Shown here one piece after another: positions 45,031 to 60,202 of a stretch of 64,000 nt of DNA. The notes beneath the pieces are model-generated. The model ran no database searches. It worked only from the letters and a program-made list of their open reading frames with translations, and was not told where the DNA came from. The number at the start of each line of letters is the position of its first letter. The stretch's first letter is position 1. Source of the DNA: Spizellomyces punctatus DAOM BR117 (taxonomy: Eukaryota). A program made the translations under genes and the position numbers. The stretch is from NCBI GenBank assembly GCA_000182565.2, contig KQ257451.1. One strand, 5' to 3'.

Positions 45031-46762
45031 ATGGGAATTTCGGGTGTGTTTGCATAGCGAGAACCGTCATGTAACGTAGCTAAAGGCTAACCGGTGCGCA
45101 TTCAGGCTTAACCAAAGTCATAGGGGATCACGCCCCAGGCGCAATCAAAGAGAATGACATTAAAAACTACTTTGGAAGAAAGGTTGCGATCGATGCTTCC
45201 ATGTCCATATACCAATTCCTGATCGCGGTTCGGCAAACGGACGGAATGCAACTGACAAACGAGGCAGGAGAGACTACAAGTCATTTGATGGGGATCTTTT
45301 ATCGTACTATTCGGATGGTGGAGAATGGAATCAAACCAGTGTATGTCTTTGATGGGAAGCCTCCAACGCTCAAGTCGGACGAGGTACGTCCGTAATCATC
45401 CTCCTCAGAGCTCCAACAGGAGATTGATAGCTTCTGGAATTGGGTTATAGTTGAAAAAACGTGGTGAACGTCGTGCAGAAGCCCAAGCTCAAGCGGACGC
45501 TGCTACGGAAGCAGGTGGGATTTATGCCATGTCAAAATATTGCAAATACCGATTTTGACGTGGGAATCTTCCTCTAAGGCGACACGGAGAACTTTGACAA
45601 ATTCAGCAGACGGACAGTGAAGGTGACAAAAGAGCATAATGAGGAGTGCAGAAAGCTTTTAAGGCTCATGGGGGTACCATATATTGAGGTATATGCAGCT
45701 AGTCACACTTTACAAAAAGGTGTCGATTATCCAATGCTATCAATAGGCACCCTGCGAGGCGGAAGCACAATGCGCGGCCCTTGCTAGGGCTGGAAAAGTG
45801 AGTAGCATTCCCATTCCCTTTCCTCTAGCGGTTCCTATGCTGTAAATCTCACGTAGGACTTAGGTCTTTGCAGCGGGCTCGGAGGATATGGATACCCTTA
45901 CATTTGGCACACCAATTCTATTGCGACATTTGACCTTTAGCGAAGCTAGGAAGATGCCGATTTCAGAAATTCATTTGGATAAAGCGTTGGCTGGCCTTGA
46001 CATGACCATGGACCAGGTGCGACAGCTGAGTCGTGTGTGTTCACGGTCTCGTCCATATAAACTGAGACGCTGTGGCCGCCGCAGTTCATTGACTTGTGTA
46101 TCCTACTCGGATGTGATTACTGCGATTCTATTCGAGGTATCGGACCTCATCGTGCGGTCACATTGATGAAAGAATGCGGATCACTAGAAAAGGTTTTGGA
46201 AAAGTTGGACCCCAAAAAGTATAATATTTCAGAAGACTGGCCATATAAAGAAGCGCGAGAGCTGTTTAAGAAGCCGGATGTGGTGGATCCGGTTGATATT
46301 GAGGTTGGTCTCGTTTTCGGCTCTGTTATTTGAATCCAGGTTCAAATACCCTTTTTTCCCGATTAGCTGAAATGGGATGAACCTGATGAGGAGGGTATAG
46401 TAGATTTCATGGTTAAGGAGAAGAATTTCAAGTAGGTTCATTGGATGCCCTCCGATTCTCGAAATGCCCTGCATTCCGCTAAGTATATTTCCTTCTCTCA
46501 CAAGTGAGGAGAGGGTACGCACTGCAGTAAAAAAGCTGGCCAAGCTGCAAAAAACCGCGACCCAAGGACGACTAGACGGTTTTTTCAAAGTGTTGCCAAA
46601 TTCGGGTGTGGGTAAACGAAAGGTGGGTGGCCTGTGCAAAAGGAAAGCGTGTGACTATTTCATTGATTAGCCTACTATAAACAGGCTGAGGATAAGAAAG
46701 GGGGACCTGCAAAGAAGACCGCTGCAAAAAAAGGTGCCGGTGGAGGGAAACCTAGGCGTTAA
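45031..46762 (+). CDS. FEN1: Flap endonuclease 1, multi-exon
   Basis: [12 protein letters not shown]...[69 protein letters not shown] box QGRLDGFF. Confidence 0.97.
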
Positions 46763-46889
46763 ATAGACAAATATCATTTCGCACTTACATTATTGAGCCG
46801 TTGGTATGGCAACATCTCGATGGCACGGGCACACTAGCGCTCAAGATGCCGAGTCCCATCCCATTCCCGCACGAACCACTTCCATCGTC

Positions 46890-48133
46890 ATGCTAGCTAT
46901 ACGCCGGTCTGCCACTCGGGCTCTAGGAAGAGCGCCAGTCTCGATTGTTGCTACATCACATATTCCTCACGCCGTCACATGCCGAGTCCATCGTATCCAG
47001 ACAGTTCGTCACAACTCCTCAGGACCGGATGCAACCAGCAAACGTGCCGCGATTTCGTACGATGTCAACCTACAAAACGAGGAACAAGCTGTATCTTCTC
47101 AAACCGAGTACGTCGCCCTACACCTTTCCTTTTCTCGAACCTTCATCTGACTTTACGCAGTGTTACAGCTACGCATATCCTCGAGGCCTCGTTGAAACAT
47201 GTCCCTCAGCATGGGTGGACAGTACAAGCTCTCGGAGCCGGTGCTTCAGACTTGGGATATCCGTCCGTATTGCACGGACTGTTTCCAAGGGGTGGGGTGG
47301 ATCTGATAGACTACTTCCTAAAAAAGAGCAAACGTGAGATGAAGGCTGAAATGGAGAAGCTGGATTTGGAGAGGTGATTATTCCGATTGGACGATAAACC
47401 CTTTGCTTCATGATACTTATTATGTGTCTCATGCTAATGTACAGCATGAAAATCACCGCGAAGATTCGGACAGCTTGCATAACCAGACTAAAGTTGACTG
47501 GTCCGTACATATCTCGATGGCCCGAGGTGTGTATTTTGTCCGTCCCCATGTCCACCTTACAACCGTCTTACGCTCTCTACCCAATGCAGGCGCTAGCTCT
47601 GATGGGTCAACCTCAAAATGTACCTATGTCTCTCGGAAATCTGGGAGAATTGGTAGACGACATGTGGTATCTTGCTGGGGACCGGTCCGTGGATGTGAGT
47701 ATCTGCACGCCCATTGTGATCGTTCCTTTTCTCATACAAATCTTTGTGCATGTAGATGAATTGGTACAGCAAACGGACGTTGTTAGCCGGGGTGTATACA
47801 TCGACTGGTAAGCCTCAATCACACAGAATTGCGAGAACAGGCAATATCTAAGTGACCCAACTTTCGCGCAGAGCTCTACATGACGCAAGATCGATCGCCA
47901 GACTTTGAGGAAACATGGAAGTTTCTTGATCGGCGGTTGCAGGATGTGGCATTCATAGGACGGACGGCCTCGGAGGTGACGAATTACCTCCAATTTGGAG
48001 TGAGAAGTGCGTTTGGCATCCTTTCCTCGGTAGGTTCATGATTCACAGAAACATCCTGCACGTCCAGAAACGACGCCAGACAAACCAGTGTATTCTTTTA
48101 CAGTTTGGACACAAGACCCCTTTCAATCGCTAA
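46890..48133 (+). CDS. COQ9: Ubiquinone biosynthesis protein COQ9, mitochondrial, multi-exon
   Basis: Arg-rich presequence MLAIRRSATRALGR; ILEASLKHVPQHGW, LVDDMWYLAGDRSVD|MNWYSKRTLLAGVYTST|ELYMTQDRSPDFEETWKFLDRRL. Confidence 0.93.
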
Positions 48134-48320
48134 TCATCTAGACACATATATAGCAGTCACATAAACATAGCTTCATAGGAAATAGAGCTGAACATAAGGC
48201 ACAATGTAGCAACGTCCAGGTATGAAGACTACATAGCGAGGTGATGGCGTAAGGTACCGGTCCGGCGCCATTATTCTGGTCTCATTCCACACACTGCCCG
48301 TAGAAGAAATATACAAGTCT

Positions 48321-50004
<1,684 letters not shown>

Positions 50005-50313
50005 TCTCTGCAAGATCGCGTCAGATGCCACCAAAAAAACTGTTGAATGAGCGGGGAGAACGCGACTTGGACTGAAGGGTCCCCCAAAGCCGCTTTTTGG
50101 CCCGCACGGATCTTCGTTTAATAGCGATAAATATGTCCGCAGCACCGACGATCCCGGCAACATTATGCTCTTGCTTCCGATTTGATACTAGGCAACAGCT
50201 ACTCACACTTAGCTAAGCTTCTCCGACACCGACCCATTCCCGTCATTACGATAGGTCGGGGTTGTTCTCCAGGGCGAGGATGCAGCTGGTTGGACCAGTT
50301 TGGCAGATAACCC

Positions 50314-53300
50314 ATGGACGATAACGAGCTGATTTTGGCTTGTACAAGCCAAAATGCGATTGCTCGACTCAGTGCATTGGAGACGTTGCGGGCAGATATT
50401 AAAACATCGGGTTCAAAGTGGGCACATAATGCCGCATCGACGGAATTGCTCTCCACTATTGCATGGACACTTTGCGATAGCAATCCAAAGATTGCGATTG
50501 AGAGTTTTCAGTTTCTCCTGGACTTTATTCCAACCAATTTGCGAGGTTGCGAAAGTGTCCTGGAATATGCTGTTATTCCAGTCCTCATAAATTGCTTGGG
50601 TGATATAAAATTACAACACCGACGGTTGGCCTTGCAAGTCTTGAAAGTCTACCTAGAGCACACTAGCAGCGTTGAAAACATGCTGGAGGCGTTGGCGCAT
50701 TACGGGCTCGAGAGCGAAGATTGGCGCGTACGAAAAGAAGCTGCAGCTGCGATACCCATGCTTATACCTACTAATATACCAGGCCTTAACTGGCAGCCCT
50801 TGATTGGAGCACTGGTAAATCGATTGAGGGATGTTTCGGATGTTGTTATTAAAGGAGCCATCCTGGTCTTGAGGCACATTGGCCTGACGATTGGAGACGC
50901 GGTGTTCATGGACATAATCAATAGACTTCCTGGGTTGTCCAGGCAGCTATTTAGGCAGTACCAGGATAAGATTCTAGTGCACGGTGAGGCGGGCGACACG
51001 AACAGAGTTGGAGGGGTTGACGCAGGACCAAGAGCTTCTCCTGAGCGCCCAAAATGTTTGCCCCCACGCACTTTATCCGAACCTGCCCGAACACCATCAC
51101 GCAACAGTCAATTCCAGGAAACAGCACTCCTCCCTTCCCCACCTCATTCTGCAAAAAATCGAGTTGTGGCAGTGGAGCCGCAACTTGCGGACACCGACGT
51201 CGTCTTTGGACTAATCCCAGTCGTCATAGTGCAGGGGCTTCACACAGAAGTAGACTGGCGACGGCGGTCAATGGCGATCGAGAACTTGCACCGATGCATC
51301 CTTGCTGCTGACGACGTCGTTCCTTTACTTCCTTTCCTGGATGATTTTGTTGACTTCCTAGCCCCATTTTTGGGAGATGCCAATTTCAAGATCGTCATGA
51401 CGACCTTGCGAATTTTGAGCGACCTGATAACTAGAGTGGGGTCCGCAGTACGTCCAAATCTAGAAAAGACCGTTCAATGCCTTATTCAGATCCTTGGGGA
51501 CACAAAAGTTGCCATCCGGCAAGCAGCTGCAAAGCTAGTGCTACAGCTCATGCATGTGACAGCGCCAGAGCCGGTGTTAACAATCGTCCTGCGGTATGCG
51601 AAACATGACAGCCCAAAAGTTCGCGAGGAGGTCGTAAACATTGTGACAACAGCTCTGCTGACCTTTCCTGATGCGCAGTGGGATTTCCCATGCATTATTA
51701 AAGAGCTGCTTGGAACGCTGAAGGATGGAAAAGCAAAAGTGAAATATGTTACAGTCGAAGCATATTCAGTGATTGCCGCCACACTATCTCCAAACCGCAT
51801 GCAAGAGATCTTGCGAGGATTTGGTTTGGATGAGGAGACATTGCATTTATTAGATCTGCGATTCATGGATCGAACTTTGCCAACTCTGAACTCGGAAGGA
51901 TCGCTGGAGCATATTATTTCACGGTCGAATGTCACTACACCCCAACCGATGGCATCACCAACTAAAGAACACCCTACAAGTCCGACCGGAAAGGCACTAA
52001 CACGGGTGAATTCCAAATCAGCACCTTCCTTGGCTGGGCGTCCGCTTTTGGCCCAAAGAACGGGCAATTTTGAGGAAGCACTGCAGGGACATATTCGAGC
52101 ATTAGATAGGGCTCTGAGCGCAACTACAGAATCCCCGAAAGAGGGCACCAACAGCCGAGGACAAACCGCCCGAACGATCAAATTGCCCTGGGAAAGACCT
52201 CGTTCTGGTACGAAATATCGCTACTCCTTTCATGGAGATATGCACAGATCTCAGAACGAAGCTTCGCAAGATGGGCATCGTGTACGAAGTTTCTCGGACT
52301 CTGAGAGGATCCTTGGGCAGGGACCCACAGCCGATTCACAGACAGCTGGTCACCTTCCTTCGAGCGATGACATCAAAAATGATTACCACATAAGTGACGG
52401 ATCCCCAGCGTCTTTTGATGATGCAGCCACACAGGGCAAGGCTCAGGCACCGGTGCGAATGAACAGCTATCCGAGCAAAACCCAACCGTCGCCTCACCGT
52501 AAATCAACTCTCGCTGGATTGCGAAGGGTTCGACCGAAGCTTACCACTTACTGGAACCAATCAGAGGATGATCTCCGTACCGACGGTAAAGAATATCCCC
52601 TCGGGGATCATCCACGGTCACCGAGTGCACCGTGGTTGCTTAGCGATGTCTCCTCAAGGGATTCTAGCGCAGCAGATATCACATTACTTACGACGCATCC
52701 TACAACCATGTCTCCTCTGCCGTTCAGCTCAGCGCCAACCCCTGATCTCGACTCTCAATGGGACGGCCAACCACGCGACCTGATCAAACCACCTGCAATA
52801 CATCGTAATACCAGTAACACCGGAAAGCGTGCATCAATCGCCACTTTTGGCACTGCGGAAGGTGCTTCACCTGCCGCCGAAACATCCGAACCGAGTGGGA
52901 GATCCCCTGACGATCATATCGCATGTAAGCGGTCAACTACTGTTGAGAACTCGAACGGCTTGAGCCGTTTCAGTAACCCTTCCTCTGAGGGATCGTCTAA
53001 GACTCAAAAAGACGGTCTAGTCGAGAATGGGTCTCGTCCTTTTGCCCATGATTCCTCTCAAAGGGCAGCATCCTCACCTCAGAAGAAATTTCACACTTCT
53101 GCCATGACACGGGACGAGCCCCCAGCATCAGCACCGCCAGGCTTACAGCGCACCAAAACAAGTAAAACTTTTGAACAAGACTACCGTTTGGCGCTGCAGC
53201 AATTACGGAACAACCCCGATTGGACCGTCAAAGTTGAATCTGTTGAAAAACTGAGGATTATTCTCGTGGAGTGCCCTCCTTTGTTCAACGGAAATCTTCA

Positions 53301-54866
53301 TGAACTACTCCTTGCAGTTGTCGCCACGGTGCACAACCTGCGCTCTTCCGTGAGCAAGCACGCAATTGCGTTTCTTCACGATATGTACCTGCATCTTGGC
53401 AAAACCATGGAAGCAGATTTGGACATGACAGTTGGGTCATTGTTAAAGAAAGTTGGGGAAGGAAATGGTTTCATTGTTGAAGAAGCTGATCGAGCGCTGT
53501 CAGCAATGTGTGAAGCCGTAAATCCATCACGCTCAGTCGCATCGCTTCTTTTGTTTGCAGACCACAAGAATCCGGCTGTTAGGATGCGGGTGGCGTCTTT
53601 GATGGGCCGGGTCGTAACAGGGACGTCTGACGCCCAAGCCGCGCGTTACATTCAGTCGTATGGGGAGGCTGGAAAGCTTCTCACTGCTCTGGTGCAATTT
53701 TTGCGTGACGGATTGGCGGACACGAGGAATGCCGCCAAGCGAATGCTACTCTTTCTTTCGCAACTCCCTGACTTCAATAAAGTTACGGAAAAGGTACTCA
53801 CCATAAAACAAGTAAATGAGGTCCACGAAGCATTGAAGAGCGCGACGGGACGGGAAAGCGCAGGTGCGTCTTTCTCCGCAAAATGATCCAGAACCCATTT
53901 TATTGAAATGTCTATTAGTCAGCACCAGATCTGCGGTAACAGGAGCACTAGTTCGAGCCCCAAGCAAACGAAATGTAAAGAAGCCTCGGGAGAAATCGGA
54001 TGTCCGGGACATGGACCGTCTGAACAGTATTTACAGAGACATGGTCGCAGACGGTGAGAATGCGCTGTATTGAATTCTGGAGTTTGCTGTGGGGCTAACA
54101 ACTGCTATGACGTAGACTGGAGAAAGCGATATCAGGGTGTCATGGATGTCATAGCATTTGTCAAAGAGTATCCATCAGAAATGATGGACCGCCAGCGGAT
54201 CCAAATGCTATTTGACCACTATCTGGAAAGATGCCGAGACGGGAATAGCAAAGTGGGATTATTGGGTTTACAAAGCTTGCAGGAGCTTATACCTGCATTG
54301 AAGGTAGGATGCTGTTGAGTCTTCCGCATGCATGCTTTCTATCGCTAATACGTTTTGTAGACTGGTCTAGATCCCGTCATCCACACGTTAGTCCAAACAT
54401 TGGCCAACCAAATGGCGACTGCCAGTCCCGTTATTCGTACCGCCACAGTGCAAGCCATGGATACACTAATTGCAAATGGAGACAATGGACTGATCCTGCA
54501 ATCTCTTGCGAATTTTGTGCAATTTGGATCCAATGCTCGAGTCAAGCCGATGCTTCTTGAACAAATGATCCGTAAGTTGGCAGTCCCAAAGAGCAGTGAC
54601 GCTCAGGAGTCTAACGTGTCCTATACATTCTTTCGTACACAGCGGTTATTGACAATGTTTACGCCTCCAAGCCGAGCCTTGTCATCAAATACGCCGTTCC
54701 AATCACAATGCGCTTCCTTCAGGAAGCAAAAGGCGATATCCGGAGCACCAACGCCAAACTATTGAAAGGATTGTTTTCATTGATGGGTCAATCACTATTT
54801 GAGCACGTTGGACATTTGACACCTGAGGTTCAAGGAAACCTCATGGCCACCTTGGGATGTTCATAA
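50314..54866 (+). CDS. TOGARAM1: TOG-array regulator of axonemal microtubules (crescerin/FAM179/CHE-12 family)
   Basis: Two N-terminal TOG domains (GLESEDWRVR; DWRRRSMAIENL...LGDANFKIV), disordered linker, two C-terminal TOGs (NLRSSVSKHAI; DWRKRYQG...RCRDGNSKV); stop 54864-54866. Confidence 0.85.
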
Positions 54867-54969
54867 TATTTAAGAGCTGGGACAGCGGGCTGTCTCTCGT
54901 GTAACAAATAGGAACCACCAAGTAGATAACTCGATTGTACATAATGAAACTTTTTGACAAACCCGTACA

Positions 54970-56225
54970 TTAGCCTATCATCTTTGCGTGGTCGTCTGGC
55001 GGCCATTTAGTTTGCGCAAACGTCATTAGGCGCTTAATGGATTGAATCCACTTTCGCTGTGCTTCGTCATTCAGTACGTGCGCAACTTGCGACGAGAAAA
55101 TCTTCTCTCGAGCACTACGCTCGTGGATACCTGAAGGAGTTAACGCTCTTAGTTACCTGGAACTACTCTGGCGTTTGCTGGCATCCAGGAAGCGAATGAA
55201 GATACTTACCAACCATGGTGACTCCAATAGGCCACGGTGCATTGCCAATCGATAGGCGAAGATATGAATCATTGGCCTGAAGGTACTCCCGCTGCTGCAT
55301 CAGTTGGGCAATTTCACAGACGCGTGCCAGCACGTCAGGTTCGAGTGCCCTCTTTTTAAGTTGTTTGAAGAACGGCTTCATGTACTCTGCTGTTTGCGCC
55401 TGTATAGCGGCTTGAAGCCGTCCTTGTACGCTTCGTTTGACGTCTTCCGGCCGAGCGTCTAAGGACTTATCCCATTCCCTGAGCAGTCGTTTGAAATATA
55501 TGGATAGCAAGTTATAGGCTTTATCACGATCCGATTGGAGAAGCTCAAGGGATATAATGGAAGTGTCGACCATCTCTCGTTCAACATCTCGGTCTTTTCG
55601 TTTCTTTCGATACTGGTCTTCTTCCTCTTCTCCGCCTTCGCCCCCGGATGCTTTCCGCTTTAAGTTCTCTAGAACAAGTTCCTGTTCGGTAGCCGCCATC
55701 GCAGCACGGAAATCATTGCGCTGCCCCTCCGTTCTTTCCTCGCTAGCCTCTAATTTCCGTAATCGCCGAATTCGCTGCTTATCGGTTTCCCCGAACAAGC
55801 GAATTGGCTGATCTCGTGCTCGGAAGCGACGCACCAAATCACTTTCGGCAATGTTATAGTCTACTTCATCGTTCTCATCTGCTTTGTCTTTCTGGCTGTC
55901 GGCATCGGATGTATGGGCTTCGGGTGTTCCTGAAGGGCTGCCTAGAGAGGGTGAATTGAGTCCCTTCCGACTTCCACTCGGAGCTTCTCCGAGACGTTTC
56001 GCTTGCTTTTCCAGGCGCTCCTTCTCTAATCGTTTCTGTTCCTCTCGATATTCTTCCTCTCGACGCTTTTCAAGCTCGCCGCGCTTGATGTACTTTTTCC
56101 CGTTGGCAAGCTGGGCTAGTGCGGCTTTCTTCTTCTCAAGTTCTGCCTTAAACGGGTGGCAAGCACTGTCAGTTTCAGTCAGTAGATATCAGTTTATCTC
56201 CCTCACTCACCTTGATAAGGTCCAT
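54970..56225 (-). CDS. PRP18: Pre-mRNA splicing factor 18
   Basis: [51 protein letters not shown]...[19 protein letters not shown]. Confidence 0.96.
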
Positions 56226-56402
56226 TTAAAAAGAGCCAACACTGAAATGTGGCAAGTATGTGTTGCTGAATGAGTGATCTCGCAGTGCTCGAAGGCCAAA
56301 GAAGCACTCTGGCTCACGTGTGGTCGATTGTCACGTGGATTCGACTGGTCGTCTCGCATGTCTGGACATTCATGACGGTGATCTCGTTCACGAAAAGCGA
56401 AG

Positions 56403-57616
56403 ATGGTTTTCCCTGACAAGCTGAAAAGACTTTTTATACAAGCATATCTCCTAGAGCGCTTTTCCACGGAAGAAGACGTTCTTAATGTCTACCAAAGAGT
56501 CTGCGAAACTCTCGGACGTAAGCACCCCCAAGCTGCATACGACCGTGTTATTCGGAAGTTAATGGTTAGGTTGAATAGGACCGTATGCCCGTGAGGACCT
56601 GTCAAGCTTCATATCAAATATGAATCAAACATTGGATACAGTTGATATGGAGTTACGGAAGGGACATGCGCCGCAAGACGGGACAACCTATTATGCCCTC
56701 GTCAACACCAATGGCGACGAGGTGGCACAAATGGCTACCGAATGCACACCGACAGAGATTACTTACTTCAAGCATCTGGTAGACGATTGCGTGTATGCAT
56801 GCTTGACGCCAAACTATATTTTGACATCAGATATTCACTTGCAGATTGAGATCATTGTACATGCGGACGACGATGTGTATGAGCTTTCCTCAACCGTGGC
56901 CTTGTCGGAGGCGACAAGAATAAAACCTGCAATGACAAAGAGAGATGCGGAAGCATTTATCGATCGCATGATCAAGAATAAGTGGCTGGTGGACAGGTAC
57001 GTGGTAGTGCCTGTTTTCGTAGACAAGCCCAGTTCTCAAACATTTGCTAGGGATGGATTGATATCAATGAGTCTACGAACAATTCTGGAACTTCAAACGT
57101 ATCTGAAAGACCAGTATCCTGATAGAATACATGAGTGCACATTGTGCATGGAGATCGTAACGACGGATGTAAGTATGTCGACGTCTTGGACCCTCGTGTG
57201 CACTTGAGAATGCGCCTAATGCTTGCCGCTGCCAGTACGAGCGATGTAACGTTGCAAACTGCCAGACTCGGCTTCATTCGCATTGCAGCAGACAATATTT
57301 TTCGAGGAGAAATCAGAATGTTTGCCCATCTTGCCAAAGCGAGTGGAGAGGTATTCTGCTCGGAACTGGCGAGCATCGGACAGGGAACACGGGGCGACGA
57401 ACCTCGCGTAGAGTTTCTGCGAGCCAGTCAACATTGAGTCTTCAATGTGATGAGGAAGAGGAGCAGGAGGACGATGAGAATGTAGACATGAATGGGACGG
57501 CTAATGACAGCCCAGACGACATGGTGGTAGATCGACCGTTACGTCGAACAAGGGATCGAGATGCAATTCCCACAAGTGCAGGTAGTTCTCGGAAAAGACC
57601 GAGAAGACCTTTATAG
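56403..57616 (+). CDS. NSE1: Smc5/6 complex subunit Nse1 (winged helix plus RING-like), multi-exon
   Basis: RLFIQAYL, YALVNTNGDEVAQMAT, LRTILELQTYL, CTLCMEIV...C...RLHSHC...CPSC...W. Confidence 0.88.
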
Positions 57617-57762
57617 AAATAAATTCCTGGATGCTATCATTACAAGCGCCATCGTCCGGATACCGAAGCAGGTTGGGATCTGAAGAGCACAAGAGTTGTG
57701 GTTCAGGTATGCTTCTATTAACAATGACCAATGGCACCAAAGATGCCAGTACTATATGATAG

Positions 57763-58643
57763 TTACTGTCTGCTGCTGATAATCTGAAGGAACTCTTGGT
57801 CCTTCAAAGACGCACCCCCGACCAAGAACCCATCGATGTCTTGTTCTTGTTGCAAATCCGGTGCGGACTTGGCACTCACTGATCCTCCATACAAAATGCG
57901 CGTCGCATCTGCCACCTCCTGGGAGACATTCTTGGCTAGCCAGCCACGAAGCTCGTTGTGAACTTCCTGAGCCTGTTGAGGTGTAGCTACCTTACCGGTA
58001 CCGATGGCCCACACAGGCTCATATGCGATAACGACGTTCGCCCAGTCGGCGGGGGCCAACTGGTCGGCGATGGCCTTAATTTGGCGGAATACGACGGCGG
58101 TCGTCTGTCCCGCCTCGCGCTCGGCGTCTTGCTCGCCGACACAAGCAATGACGCTCAAGCCAGCCTTGACGGCAGCGTGCACCTTTTTCCCTACGAACTC
58201 GTCCGATTCCCCAAATATCATTCGGCGTTCCGAGTGCCCGAGAATGACCCAACCAATGCTGAGGTCCTTGAGCATTTCGGTGCTCACTTCGCCAGTGTAT
58301 GCGCCTTTGGATTCCGTGTAGCAGTTCTGGGCAGATACGCCAACGTCTTTGCGGAGGGTGTTACGGACCAATTGAAGATACGGGAAAGGAGGGGCAATGA
58401 CGACCTCTGAAGGAGTGGATGGCGTTTAACTCACTTTCAACCCAGATAAGTCCACAAAATGGTTCAACATACCAACGTTGGGGCTCCATTTGCCCTGGTT
58501 GAGAGCGTTGACGATGGTTTCCGCCAACTTGACGGACCCATTCATCTTCCAGTTGCCACCGACCTGTCCACATATGTGGTTAATAGATGCTTGAGCGTAT
58601 ACAAGTAAAGTACCTTTGAGCTTACCAAGAACTTTCTTGCCAT
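57763..58643 (-). CDS. TPI1: Triosephosphate isomerase
   Basis: [45 protein letters not shown]. Confidence 0.98.
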
Positions 58644-58824
58644 TGCTGCGTGTTTACTTTGTGAGAAGAATTTGAAATTGACGACAAAAGGAAGAAACGG
58701 TGGGCGCTCTTTAAATACTCTGTCGAGTCGGTCATTTCCGGAATCGATACTGAGTCATGCACCAACGCGCATGCAGCTGGCAGCTTTGCGCGGCACTTTT
58801 TGCTTGTCGGGCGATTCCGCAGCC

Positions 58825-59565
58825 ATGCCCAAGATTGTCAGTTCCAGTACGATTTCAGCGTCTGCCGAGTTTATCACAGGCGCAGAGAAAGCTCTCCATG
58901 TATACTACTGCCATTATTGCGGGGAATATGTTCTCATCGTTGGTATGAAAATCTTTAGCTGTCTTTGTTTGTTGTCGAGATCTAAAATTACTGTTGTAAT
59001 ACAAAAGACAAACGATTACACAAGGTATGTCGGTGAAGGCCCTGCATTTCCCTCCGAGTGATTTATGTATGCCTCGACCGAACAGCTGCCACGCCGGAGA
59101 ACGGACAACGCATCGATAATAAGCGACAAACGAACATTCAAGCTCAATCTCAAACGTGGCCCTACAAAAATTATCAAGAGGTAAGCCTATCTGTAGAGTA
59201 TTACTCCGGATCATATATAACATAATGCCGTCCTGGAACAGAGCGGCTGGATATGAAAGACAATCCCGATGGTCATGTCCGCGATGTGATCTACCTGTAG
59301 CGTACGATCAAGATTCTGGGCCAGTGTACATATTTGATGGGGCAGTTCATGGCGGTACATCGGCACAAGGCCCTGATGAATCAAGAAGACAAGTACTGGG
59401 GGAAAGCAAAGTAATTTATTCGTGTGCTTTGGTCTAGTGTGAAGGTTGTTGCTGAATCACAAGATGTTTTGATAGGTGGAAGATCATCGCCCTGCTCAAG
59501 TACAAATGACTGCTGAACAGCTACTTCGAGAAGCGGAGAGATCCAGAGAGAGGTCGAAACGATAG
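58825..59565 (+). CDS. STEEP1: STEEP1/CXorf56 (UPF0428) Zn-binding protein, 5 exons including a 17-nt microexon (59008-59024)
   Basis: MPKIVSSSTIS...LHVYYCHYCGEYVLIV|DKRLHK|LPRRRTDNA...IKR|AAGYERQSRWSCPRCDLPVAY; predicted last intron 59411-59475. Confidence 0.85.
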
Positions 59566-59760
59566 GCATCTCATTGAAGTATGATTATTTTGGAAAGTCA
59601 CCTACAGAGCGATTGGTAACAGTAAACCACGTAAATTAGTGCGGACATGGAGGAATGGAGACCATCGCTCGGCCCCATATCGACCACTGATTAATCAGCA
59701 TTTGAACGTACTACCGCATCTGAAAAACCTCCCCAGTAACATCTATTCGCAAGTGTAATC

Positions 59761-60193
59761 ATGACCAGCGCGACTTACGAGAAAGCTATTTGGTTCAATG
59801 TTTTCTTGAGCTTGATTACCTGTGAGGTGATCGTGCGTGCTGGGATACGATACGACTTGGGCATGCCAAGGAAGTTACTATTCGTATCTATTGTGATTGC
59901 AATCATTTCAACTAGTGGCGGTAGCCCATGCCATCAAATCTGGTTAACCCCGGCGCTGCGATGTTGCTGTTCTGTTTAGAATAGGAATTGTACTGCGTAG
60001 TGCGGAGCCAATTGCACTGCGTATATTTAATAAATGCACCAGAGACAGAATACGAGATCCAGCTTGGGGTTTATCGATAGTGCGGAATGCTCACGTAATG
60101 CGGTGCTGTGCACTTTACAGTGGACACAACAGTGTCCACCACATCCAAGATGGCGAAAAGCAATTCGTTCAAAGTTCCAAGGCAGGACGATAG
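59761..60193 (+). CDS. Possible small membrane protein (two hydrophobic segments); structure uncertain
   Basis: MTSATYEKAIWFNVFLSLITCEVIVRAG...LLFVSIVIAIISTSG with a plausible short intron; no family recognised. Confidence 0.3.
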
Positions 60194-60202
60194 CGGAAGA
60201 AT

